Of a DNA stretch of 64,000 bases, positions 1-8,871 are shown piece after piece. The position numbers and the translations under genes are program-made. The stretch covers positions 176,444-240,443 of IMG/VR virus record IMGVR_UViG_3300030108_006260; one strand, given 5' to 3'. Each line of letters opens with the position of its first letter. Position 1 is the first letter of the stretch. Below the pieces are notes generated by a model that did no database searches, was not told where the DNA came from, and saw only the letters and a program-made list of their open reading frames with translations.

Positions 1-3000
1 TTCCCCTTCTTCCAAAAGAGCTTGTGACAATACGGGGAAAAGCACCCCTGGTCTGGAATATTCCTACGGAGGAGCTTATACCATCAAGGGGGTCACTTAT
101 GTCTCCTCTCGCGTACCTGATAAGAAAGTCAGACCTTCTTCTTCTTGTGAGGTTCAAATCACGGTCAATAGCATTAAACCAATCAGCAAACTTTGGAACA
201 ACAGACAGAGACTGCCTTCCTAGAGGGTGACTAAACATGTTAGGGTCACCAGGAAAACAGGGCTCATCTTCGGAAGGAGGAGAAGCCGGGGTACGGTCAA
301 CTTCCTCGTGGTCTTCTAGAGTAGATCTTACACCAGACCTTCCTCTATCAGGGTTTGTTCCCTCAGGACCCTGTGTAGGATTGATAGTACTAGACCTATC
401 TGATATCTGAGATCTAGCGTCCTCCACTAGACGAGCACACTCTTCTAACTGCTCATTGATCTCTTCCTGGGAGAAGGAGCCAGAGTTAAGTGCTATTTCC
501 GTACAGAACTCCTGGGCACGCTGTAGGGTTGAAATTACCTCGTCCTCTGCTCCTTCGGGGAGATCAGACTGGGACCATATAGCAGCGCTAACAACGTTAT
601 AAGAGGACTGTCCTTGTGGAAGGATTGCGTTATACTGGTCCCGTAGCTGTGAGAGGTCCGCCTGGGTTATTGGAGAGTTAGAATCACGTAAAGAGCTTAT
701 GGCGTCAGAGAAGGTGCTTATACGACGAGATAGACTAGTTAAAATATCAGCTGCCCCTCCTCTCCTCTCACCAAAAAACATAGGCTGAGAGGGTCCTCCC
801 GTGATGAACCTGGGTATCCCGAGTTCGTCTATGCTTCTAGTGTAGTTGAGTGTTATGGAATAATCCGGAACAGTAGAGCCTGCTACTGACCCCGAGGTAA
901 CGGGTAAGGACCACCTGATACTATCGATTAGTGCATACCTCTCCCGGTATGCATTAAAGATCGGTTTGTTTAACAGCAACCACGGACGAAACGCCAGGCT
1001 TATCTGATAGTTGTCAGCAGCAGCCAAGAGCTTCTGAAACTCAAGCATTGCTAGCTTCTCAAGCCTAATTATAGATGTAATCTGGAAATAATTTCTTACC
1101 TGAACCTTGATCCCGTGCCGGGAAGCAAGACTAGGACTCCACACGCCCACAGTCTTAGCAGGATTGTAGTTTCTTAATTCCGTTCCCTCCGATACGTCGG
1201 CTCTACCCACGAAAGATCCATTAGCAACAACAGCAGTAGTTATTTCGTTTCCTTCTTCATCAAAGGATTCACTAAGGAGGTGATGGTCTAAAGTAAGAAC
1301 CTCTTTGTAGGGCCCATAGTCCCGTGGATCAAAGTCATACTGAGCAAACTCAAATATCAAATCACCAGTTCCAGAAACCCAGAACCTGTAGTCTACCTTG
1401 TCACATGCGTCACTTATCATGTGAAGTCGGTTAGTCCAGTTCAGGTTAGTAGCGGCATTTGACTGTGAAATTAGGCCAAGCTCGTCTATAAGACCTAGAG
1501 TAGGTGATTGACGAGAGGGATAGATCATGTTTACTGTCTGAGCGTCTACCGCCCACAAACCTTCCCTTCTTGTCTCAACACCGGCAGCGTGGACCTCGTC
1601 CTCACTCCAGTATCGACGAAGTGATGGACTCTGGTCTAGTTGTCCGTCACGCACAGACAGAGGACGAGTTAAGGAAGAAGTACCTACTAAGTCAGTACCC
1701 CCGAACTCTTGACTGGACACATTTATCCTCTTTGGAGATCCAAACAGGCATAGGTTATACCAGTCCTCCCACCACTCGGTTATGGCAGAGGATCCTTCTT
1801 CTGCCCTAGGGTAGATGGCACCAGAAACAGCGTAGGGGGGTCGAGTTTCTCCTTCAATTGAAGGTCTTCCCCACGGATATACCCCAGGACGCATCCTACC
1901 AATTCTTCCGGCGCCCCTAGATGATGTCGAAGTCAAAGGACGAGATTGTACAGGAGTCCCTTCGGTACCAGGAGGAGACTCAGGATTCTGGTCCGAACGA
2001 ACCTGGTCCAGTTGAGAGTCGATAGGTCTAGATACAGAGGAGTCTTGCTCGGAAGGGTCTCCAGAGGAAACCCCAGTGTCCTCAATCTCAGACAGGAGGC
2101 TGTTGTACCTATCTCTATCAGAGTCGGACAGTCTTCCTCTTCTCTCCAGTTTTCTTCTCAAAAAATGAAGCTCTGAGGCGGCGCTCCTTGAATTTCTTCT
2201 TCTTTCTGCGACTATTCTTCTCTCAACTGTTGTTCCTGCACGAGCAACTAAACCTTGAGCGTTGTCTATGAAGGTAAGTGCAGCAATCATCTCCCTAAAC
2301 TTAAGGGCAACCCAGGGGTTGGTATAGTTGTTACTAACTACAAGGTCCTGAAAAAAAGATCTGCTGAATTCTACGTTTGATTGCTCTCTGAATATCTGCA
2401 ACCCTCTGAACGGCGTAGTATTAGTAGGGTCAGCCGCAGCAGTAGCTTGCTGGCCTGGAAGAACAGCCAGAACTGTGTTAGTGTTAACACGCATGCTGTG
2501 CATTATGTGCCGTATATCACTGCACGACACAGAGACTATATTTTCTCCTGTGATGTAGTTCTCTGAAGTCGGCTTGTTTACTATCAGACCGGTAAACACG
2601 GGTAGCCACTCATCTGAATCAGAAGCAGGGTTGTGTATCCACACCCTAACGTGGTCTTGTTTATGGAAAATACTAGACCAATAGTGCAAAGGAAATCGAC
2701 GTCCCCCCGACTGAGGGTCTACAGGGTTAGATCCTGGGTTCTTCTTTCTGTCGTATATTTCCTTCTTAGCTGTCTCATCGTAGTCGATATGTGCTCCGCG
2801 AGATCTGGAAGAAGATGCTACAGTACGGAACTGATCCAGTTGTATGTTCTCTGGAGTAAGAGTAAACTTGTGACCTGAGTTGTCCAGCCGTAGATCACAT
2901 TTATTAGGGGAAGACCCAAGGCCATACGTAACAGATATTGAGCCTATAAGGTAGTCACTTACGTCCTGGCCCTCAATGTACACTATTGCATCATGGTAAA

Positions 3001-3427
3001 ATACCTGATGTGGTTGCTCTTTAAAGTAGTGAGGAGGGTTTACTGGAGAGGGAAAAGCTTCTCTCTCAGGTGTAGCGTCTCCTGATCTCCTTGGATCCGG
3101 GTCTTCCTGTCTGTATAACGAAGAACTTCCTGTACCAACGGCGTCTGGGTCTACTCTAGGGTCTGGGGACCTTCCCTGGTTTCCCTGTCCCGACCTCTCT
3201 CCCCTGATTATTCTAAGAGCCTGCTCCTCGGCGGACCTTCGTCTTTGAGAAGGGCTTTGGCCCCCTGCAAGAGGAACATCGTCAACAGAAGGATCTGGAG
3301 AAGGAACTCCGTCCGTAGAAGCCAAAGAAGCAGAAGAATACGAACTCAGGTTGTCAAGAACATCCTGACCTGAAGGTACTAACCTCTCAGCCTGGTCCCC
3401 GCGTATCTCTTTGTCGTCTTCGGCCAT
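1..3427 (-). CDS. Baseplate hub / central tail protein (gp27/gpD-like), >1140 aa, runs off the window start; possible C-terminal M23 peptidase
   Basis: Manual translation from ATG at 3427 (MAEDDKEIRG...). Read directly over most of its length; absence from the ORF track is consistent with no stop before base 1. Contains AIVYIEGQDVSDYLIGSISVTYGLGSSPNKCDLRLDN and WLPVFTGLI...IVSVSCSDIR, typical of phage hub proteins; last residues DPLDG...IVTSSFGRRG. Confidence 0.6.
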   Translation of the reverse strand, partial: MAEDDKEIRGDQAERLVPSGQDVLDNLSSYSSASLASTDGVPSPDPSVDDVPLAGGQSPSQRRRSAEEQALRIIRGERSGQGNQGRSPDPRVDPDAVGTGSSSLYRQEDPDPRRSGDATPEREAFPSPVNPPHYFKEQPHQVFYHDAIVYIEGQDVSDYLIGSISVTYGLGSSPNKCDLRLDNSGHKFTLTPENIQLDQFRTVASSSRSRGAHIDYDETAKKEIYDRKKNPGSNPVDPQSGGRRFPLHYWSSIFHKQDHVRVWIHNPASDSDEWLPVFTGLIVNKPTSENYITGENIVSVSCSDIRHIMHSMRVNTNTVLAVLPGQQATAAADPTNTTPFRGLQIFREQSNVEFSRSFFQDLVVSNNYTNPWVALKFREMIAALTFIDNAQGLVARAGTTVERRIVAERRRNSRSAASELHFLRRKLERRGRLSDSDRDRYNSLLSEIEDTGVSSGDPSEQDSSVSRPIDSQLDQVRSDQNPESPPGTEGTPVQSRPLTSTSSRGAGRIGRMRPGVYPWGRPSIEGETRPPYAVSGAIYPRAEEGSSAITEWWEDWYNLCLFGSPKRINVSSQEFGGTDLVGTSSLTRPLSVRDGQLDQSPSLRRYWSEDEVHAAGVETRREGLWAVDAQTVNMIYPSRQSPTLGLIDELGLISQSNAATNLNWTNRLHMISDACDKVDYRFWVSGTGDLIFEFAQYDFDPRDYGPYKEVLTLDHHLLSESFDEEGNEITTAVVANGSFVGRADVSEGTELRNYNPAKTVGVWSPSLASRHGIKVQVRNYFQITSIIRLEKLAMLEFQKLLAAADNYQISLAFRPWLLLNKPIFNAYRERYALIDSIRWSLPVTSGSVAGSTVPDYSITLNYTRSIDELGIPRFITGGPSQPMFFGERRGGAADILTSLSRRISTFSDAISSLRDSNSPITQADLSQLRDQYNAILPQGQSSYNVVSAAIWSQSDLPEGAEDEVISTLQRAQEFCTEIALNSGSFSQEEINEQLEECARLVEDARSQISDRSSTINPTQGPEGTNPDRGRSGVRSTLEDHEEVDRTPASPPSEDEPCFPGDPNMFSHPLGRQSLSVVPKFADWFNAIDRDLNLTRRRRSDFLIRYARGDISDPLDGISSSVGIFQTRGAFPRIVTSSFGRRG

Positions 3428-3482
3428 AATTTCAGTATATCAAATAATCCACCACCTATAATTTTAGTAGATAGCTGGGTAG

Positions 3483-3998
3483 CTAAGAGGAAGCAGAGTC
3501 TTCTTTACTGTGTAATAAATCTATAATTCTGGGTAGATCGTACGGACGACAAGAGTACCTAGTATGGTATGAGTCCCAAGGATTTATAAACGAAGTGTTT
3601 AGTACACCAATGGAAGGTATTCCCATAAACCCGGCGTAGGTTACTTCAGAAGACGAGAAGCTTTGCCCAAATTCTGAAATAACTACGTCAGATCTGCAAA
3701 GAATCCATAAATCCATTAGCACTGTATTTTCAGTAGAAGGGTCACTATCCCTAGACGTCATTATATCCTCAAAAGATGAAGACATAACAGCATCAAAAAG
3801 ACGTGATACATAAGTTCCCTCGAAAAGAGGAGCTGCTTTTTCTAGGCGTAGTGAAGGGTCCCTACCGGAAACAGAAGAGGACAGTGAGGGTGAAACAGAC
3901 CCTGACGATGCATAAAAAGTGTAGTCACCCAAAACGCTAGACCAAGAGTGGGGTCTACTCATGGGGTTTCTTGCCAAATAAATAAGAGGTGAAGTCAT
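3483..3998 (-). CDS. Nucleoside 2-deoxyribosyltransferase-like protein (NDT/Rcl/MilB fold)
   Basis: N-terminal IYLA strand and DLWILCRSDVVI...SSEVTYAGFMGIPSI match the NDT pattern DL..I..SD.VV...E.GYA...GKP. Confidence 0.6.
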   Translation of the reverse strand: MTSPLIYLARNPMSRPHSWSSVLGDYTFYASSGSVSPSLSSSVSGRDPSLRLEKAAPLFEGTYVSRLFDAVMSSSFEDIMTSRDSDPSTENTVLMDLWILCRSDVVISEFGQSFSSSEVTYAGFMGIPSIGVLNTSFINPWDSYHTRYSCRPYDLPRIIDLLHSKEDSASS

Positions 3999-4594
3999 AT
4001 CTTTGTCTTTAATCCCTTTCTACCGAACTCTCTTTCGATAAGAAGCGAAACTATCTGGTCAGTTTCTCCCTGGGATAAGAAACAAGATGAAAGGTGCTTT
4101 ATCATGCATATTTCATCTAAGGATGTCATGATTCCAAGTACCTTATTAGGGTCAATCTCGCAAACACTGTCCCCCATGTTTGTATTAATGTCTAATATAG
4201 TGCTCTCGCTAGACTTTACGGCAGAAAAATATCCCTGCTGCCTAGATAGGCGGTCTGAAAGAGCTGAATATAGTATATTCTCATAAACCTGGTGAGGTAT
4301 CTGGTGCTGCTCTTCTTTCTCCTCTAATATTCTAGACCTTATCCCGTCGTATAAGTCCATACCGATCTGGGCGGTCTCGTGAGAGTGCAGGTCCTCTAGC
4401 TCTTCAAGAGACTCCTTTAGAATGGATTCTCTCTTTTTCTTATCCTCGTCAGTTTCACCTTCTGACGGAGGAGAAAACCTAGAAACAAGAGATGCCTTCT
4501 CTTTTTCGTACGTTCTGAACTCTTCCCTAAGCCTATTTTTCCACCTAGAGATCTCGTCAGTGGCATTAAATTTTTCCTTAAGAAAAGAACTCAT
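3995..4594 (-). CDS. Hypothetical protein (charged, helical)
   Basis: 199-aa ORF with 4-bp overlaps to both neighbours. Confidence 0.6.
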   Translation of the reverse strand: MSSFLKEKFNATDEISRWKNRLREEFRTYEKEKASLVSRFSPPSEGETDEDKKKRESILKESLEELEDLHSHETAQIGMDLYDGIRSRILEEKEEQHQIPHQVYENILYSALSDRLSRQQGYFSAVKSSESTILDINTNMGDSVCEIDPNKVLGIMTSLDEICMIKHLSSCFLSQGETDQIVSLLIEREFGRKGLKTKI

Positions 4595-5163
4595 AACTCT
4601 GTAGCCAATTTCTGGCCCCTCATTGCTTTAGTAAGACCCGCTTCGTATCGAAGCTCCTTGAGAATATCTACCTGAACACGAAGTATATTAAAAGACTGGT
4701 TTGCGTTTAGTACAACCCGCTGAGCTGCATCTAGTATTCTTGATATACGAATCAAAGCATCCTCGATCTCTGGGCAGGTAAGGGATACAATGCTTTGCCT
4801 CTGCGCATCGTTCTTAAGTCCCATAACCTCTCTTTTAGAGAAGAGGTGGGACCTGACAATGGAGTGAAGTCTCTCTAGCTTGCTTTTATGGTTAGTGTAA
4901 ACAAGGGAAATGTATGATGATCTGTCTTTTATTGAAAGAAGACGTGCTGACACCTCAAGACCAACAGATAGGTCAGCTGGCCCTTGAATCTGCCTAATAC
5001 TGGTGTCCGCGTCTTCCATGTAAGGAAAGTAGCCGGATAGTTCTTTGATTAGAGAAAGATCGGCCTTGAACTTCTTTGCTGATCGCAAGGATGCCTCTAC
5101 TACGGGATCCTCTCGATACTCGGACACTTTTACGGTCCACCAGTTGTCGTCTTTTATACTCAT
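4591..5163 (-). CDS. UvsY-like recombination mediator
   Basis: All-helical; C-terminal FNILRVQVDILKELRYEAGL resembles the T4 UvsY end (...MRAFEAGK); lies near the Mre11 and RecA genes. Confidence 0.45.
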   Translation of the reverse strand: MSIKDDNWWTVKVSEYREDPVVEASLRSAKKFKADLSLIKELSGYFPYMEDADTSIRQIQGPADLSVGLEVSARLLSIKDRSSYISLVYTNHKSKLERLHSIVRSHLFSKREVMGLKNDAQRQSIVSLTCPEIEDALIRISRILDAAQRVVLNANQSFNILRVQVDILKELRYEAGLTKAMRGQKLATEL

Positions 5164-5423
5164 AGAATCATAACCTGAACGTTAGGGGAGTTGATTGACC
5201 CTATAGAGTGAGAGACTGATTTTCTTATACATAGCCATGTTTCATTTTTCATAAGTAAATCACTCTCACCATAGTGAGCCTTTACAATAGGAGAAAACCA
5301 CCGAATCAAATCATCTACTTTACCTTTGTATATGGAGGCATCTCCGTCGTCCCTCACAATAAGAAGGACGTGTTTTCCTTGAGACAAAGCTTTCCATATA
5401 ATGTTGTATGCGTCGTCAGACAT
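5160..5423 (-). CDS. Hypothetical protein
   Basis: 87-aa ORF overlapping both neighbours in operon fashion. Confidence 0.55.
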   Translation of the reverse strand: MSDDAYNIIWKALSQGKHVLLIVRDDGDASIYKGKVDDLIRWFSPIVKAHYGESDLLMKNETWLCIRKSVSHSIGSINSPNVQVMIL

Positions 5424-6450
5424 CTTGGAACGAAAGTAGTAAAGATTCTATTTCTTCTAGTGCCATATCCATAACAGTACCTTCAGCACCCTGCTGTTTA
5501 ACTCCATCGATAAGTAGCTGCTTAAGTGATCCGCTCATATCGAGGCTCAGTGAGCTTAGTGTCTTTTTGACCTCATACTTCACTACGTTTGTAGGAATAT
5601 CCTCGGAAACCAAATCAGACTTACTGTCTAAAACTAACTTTACGTAAGCGTTTGAAGGAACACTGTCACCTATTTTAGCTTTGACTAACTGGTTAGTATC
5701 AATAGGTATAAACTCAGGGGAGTCGGGGAAGTCAGTATCTACCAGTAGCACACCCTTAGGCCAATCACTGTCAAATCTAGTCTGGAGAGGACTACCTGGA
5801 TAATAAGCACACGGACCTACCCTCTGCATCTTATGGATGTCACCTAGGGCCCAGTATGTTACATCAAGAGACGGGTCAGGAGGAGACTCTCCCGTATCCA
5901 TACGATAGTAATCTCCGGTAGAAAGCTTTATCTCTGTCTGAGAGCCACGAATAGTTTCGTGCGCAACCATAACGAAGTTTTTTGCCCCAGTAGCTATGCT
6001 AGACTCATGGAAATCTATAACTGCTTTCCTAGATTCCTCAGGAAAGCATCCCTTATTGTGAAATAGTAAACAAAAGACAGTGTCATCTATCTGGTGATAA
6101 GTAGTACTGTCAACTATTACGGAGTTGGACAACCTCTCATGCTTGCACAACATACTAAGGTAGTTAAGAGCAGTATAGCCGCTGTGGTCTACCAGATCAT
6201 GATTGCCAGGAATAACCAGTATGTTGTACCCAGCAGCGTCATAATCAAGTATTTTACGCTCTACAAGGTCCCTCTCTTCAGGGGAAGGGTCAGAAACATC
6301 AAAAATGTCTCCAGCAATGACCACAGTATTAACTCCTGCGTCTGCTGCTGTATCAAAAATCTGATCTAGGGCCTCCTCTTGTCTTTCGAGGAAGTTAGGC
6401 AAAAACCTAGACCCTCCTATGTGGAGGTCGCCTGTGTGTATGAACTTCAT
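5416..6450 (-). CDS. sbcD: Mre11/SbcD-like recombination nuclease (T4 gp47-like)
   Basis: Metallophosphoesterase motifs HTGDLHIG, IAGDIFD, PGNHD, ALGDIHK, YPGSP. Confidence 0.92.
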   Translation of the reverse strand: MKFIHTGDLHIGGSRFLPNFLERQEEALDQIFDTAADAGVNTVVIAGDIFDVSDPSPEERDLVERKILDYDAAGYNILVIPGNHDLVDHSGYTALNYLSMLCKHERLSNSVIVDSTTYHQIDDTVFCLLFHNKGCFPEESRKAVIDFHESSIATGAKNFVMVAHETIRGSQTEIKLSTGDYYRMDTGESPPDPSLDVTYWALGDIHKMQRVGPCAYYPGSPLQTRFDSDWPKGVLLVDTDFPDSPEFIPIDTNQLVKAKIGDSVPSNAYVKLVLDSKSDLVSEDIPTNVVKYEVKKTLSSLSLDMSGSLKQLLIDGVKQQGAEGTVMDMALEEIESLLLSFQDV

Positions 6451-7092
6451 TTATATATTAGCTATTATTCTTTCATCCCGAAGATAGTTCAGTATGAGGG
6501 CCGACGCCTCTTCTCTTTTTATAAAAGATCTCTGCGTTCGGTCCCCATGTACATGGTAGCGACCCTCCCTAGACATCCACAGTCTGATATGACTAATACC
6601 TACCCTTTCAGTAGATAGTTGTTCTTTAAAGTGAACGAGAACAACAGGGTGTCTCTTACATATTAGTACTAGACCAAACCAAGAAGCTACGCCCTCTTCT
6701 ACCTTAAGACCTTTCTGGTTTATCACTACGAATATACTCTTGCTCTGAATTGCAGCAAGAACACGGTCATAGGCATGTTCGTCTATGGGTACCACACCTA
6801 TAGCATCCCCTAAAAATCTGGCTAGTGGAAGAACATACCTGTGCTCCGCCGATAGTATCTCTGTAGGGTGAGAAGGGTATGCATCCTGGGGACGGTAAGA
6901 GAAAGAGGGCTTCGAGTCTAGACCTATAATGTTAGGGTCGTCATTACCCATTTTAATGGGTTTACCGTCAAAACCATACAAAGTAGTTTTGTCTGTCTTA
7001 GAAGAGGGGTCGGATCCCATGTACCCCTGGTCTACCATATCAGATGTAACTGAAGGAGTGCCAGAAAAATCAGGTCTTGTTTTTTCAGTCAT
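6451..7092 (-). CDS. Hypothetical protein
   Basis: 213-aa ORF abutting sbcD. Confidence 0.6.
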   Translation of the reverse strand: MTEKTRPDFSGTPSVTSDMVDQGYMGSDPSSKTDKTTLYGFDGKPIKMGNDDPNIIGLDSKPSFSYRPQDAYPSHPTEILSAEHRYVLPLARFLGDAIGVVPIDEHAYDRVLAAIQSKSIFVVINQKGLKVEEGVASWFGLVLICKRHPVVLVHFKEQLSTERVGISHIRLWMSREGRYHVHGDRTQRSFIKREEASALILNYLRDERIIANI

Positions 7093-7556
7093 GATAGGCT
7101 CATTGAATCTAAGTATGATCTTAGAATTTTTCTAGCGGATTTAAGAGTCCTACACCTGGAAGTTATAAGCTCTCCGTCTATTTTTAGTGTTACACCAGAA
7201 ACCCTGGTTCCCTTTGAATCATAGGTAGAACGTAAAGACCCTACCTGATCCCCACAAACAAAAATAGTTAGTGGAGCCCACGTACAATAAAGCGAAGAAC
7301 CCTTAGTTCTAGATTCAAAGTCTGTATATCCGAAGACCATGTAAGATGTTTTACAAAGGGTAGCTTCCTCTACAGAATCAATATCTTCCTGTAGGTATAG
7401 CTTCCAGCCAGAGTCCTTGCTCAAAGCAACAGCAGAAGACCACAATGAAGACTGAAATCTTCTAACGTGGACCCCACAACGAGTGGCTCCAAAGTCAATA
7501 ACACCAGGATTGTCTTCCAAAAAGACAAGGACTTCTGAGGGACAAAAAGAACTCAT
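7089..7556 (-). CDS. Hypothetical protein
   Basis: 155-aa ORF in the same operon. Confidence 0.55.
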   Translation of the reverse strand: MSSFCPSEVLVFLEDNPGVIDFGATRCGVHVRRFQSSLWSSAVALSKDSGWKLYLQEDIDSVEEATLCKTSYMVFGYTDFESRTKGSSLYCTWAPLTIFVCGDQVGSLRSTYDSKGTRVSGVTLKIDGELITSRCRTLKSARKILRSYLDSMSLS

Positions 7557-7559
7557 GTT

Positions 7560-8870
7560 CTACACAGCAGTTACTTCTTTTGCTTTAGTCTTTCTTTTAC
7601 GCTTAGGGGTGCGATCACTACCCTCATTATCGCTTTCTTCCTCGTCAGAGGAAGAAGAGGAGTAATCTTTAGAAAAAGAGGAGTCACTAAACTGCTCGAA
7701 TATGTTTTCCTCATCCTCTGACGCCTCAAGGTCTACCTCATCGTACAGAGATGCCCAGTCGTTTGCCTTAAAGAACAAGTCAAAAGCTTTACCTGAAATA
7801 AGCTGGCTCCTGCACAGCTCACGAAACTCATTTGTGGCAAATAAAGGAAGTATGTCCTTCTCATAGTGGTTTTTATTGTTCCATTCAAACTCACCAGGAA
7901 CATCAAGAGATAGAGATCTATATTTTCCTGCCCTTACGAACTGACCAGTCATCTCAAGATATCCCTTTGTGTCTCGAACCCTCTCAAATCCACGACCAAA
8001 AGCTACACAAAGAGTGTCCTTTATATCCAAGAATGGAACAAATTGTTTATTCTTCTTGGTAGAGATATTGATGAACCGCATTGAACGTCTTCTTTCTTCA
8101 AAGACCTTTCCTACAGCACTCATTCTAACCTGAAGATCGGGATAAAACCCTACAGCCTGTCCTCCCGGCTGGTACTCAGGGTTTCCGAATAACTGACCAG
8201 GGTTTAGGCGTAGCTGATTTGTAGCAAACCAGCTAACGTTTTTTCTTCCAAGCTTGGTCTTGATAAGCGGCATATACTGAGAATGAACCGAAGCGCTTAC
8301 GGCACGTCTACCATCAGTATCATCTATCTCATATGCCTCTGGCAACATAGCTGCCAAACTATCAACAATGAATAGTGCCTGAGGCTTAGGTCTCGATCCG
8401 TCCTCATTAGGGTCGTAGTCAGGTAGAGCCCTCAAAAGCCTAGCCATCATTCGATAGGATGCCTCCCCCGTAGTGGGCTGGAAATAGTTAAAGTACGGGT
8501 TCTTTTTACCGTCGTTTGTTCTTATGCGAACACCTATGCTTCGCAGGTACTTAGAGTCAGCACTTGCTTCATGATCAAAGACAAAAACAGGTACTTTCTC
8601 TTCTAAAGCTGATGCGATCAAATGGTAGCTCAAGGTGCTTTTTGCGGATCCCTGAGGTCCATAAGCAACAGTGAACTTACCCGGAGGAAGACCTCCTCCG
8701 GTAATAAGATCCATTATCAAAGATCCCATGGACAATGATCCAGCAACAAAGGATCCACGGTCCAAGTTAACAGGGGGATTGTCAAGACCGGGCCCCAGCC
8801 TTTCTGCTAAAGCAGCTAGCTCTATGGGGTCACTTACGAACTCTTGTTCTGGTTTTTTCTTTTTAGCCAT
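7560..8870 (-). CDS. recA: RecA/UvsX recombinase
   Basis: GSLIMDLITGGGLPPGK, Walker A GPQGSAKST, FDHE, Walker B FIVDSLAAM, NQLR...GNPEYQPGGQAV. Confidence 0.92.
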   Translation of the reverse strand: MAKKKKPEQEFVSDPIELAALAERLGPGLDNPPVNLDRGSFVAGSLSMGSLIMDLITGGGLPPGKFTVAYGPQGSAKSTLSYHLIASALEEKVPVFVFDHEASADSKYLRSIGVRIRTNDGKKNPYFNYFQPTTGEASYRMMARLLRALPDYDPNEDGSRPKPQALFIVDSLAAMLPEAYEIDDTDGRRAVSASVHSQYMPLIKTKLGRKNVSWFATNQLRLNPGQLFGNPEYQPGGQAVGFYPDLQVRMSAVGKVFEERRRSMRFINISTKKNKQFVPFLDIKDTLCVAFGRGFERVRDTKGYLEMTGQFVRAGKYRSLSLDVPGEFEWNNKNHYEKDILPLFATNEFRELCRSQLISGKAFDLFFKANDWASLYDEVDLEASEDEENIFEQFSDSSFSKDYSSSSSDEEESDNEGSDRTPKRKRKTKAKEVTAV

Positions 8871-8871
8871 C

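Noticed and set aside
24-2878. Small + strand ORFs in the first 3 kb
   Set aside because: All lie antisense to the long baseplate hub ORF
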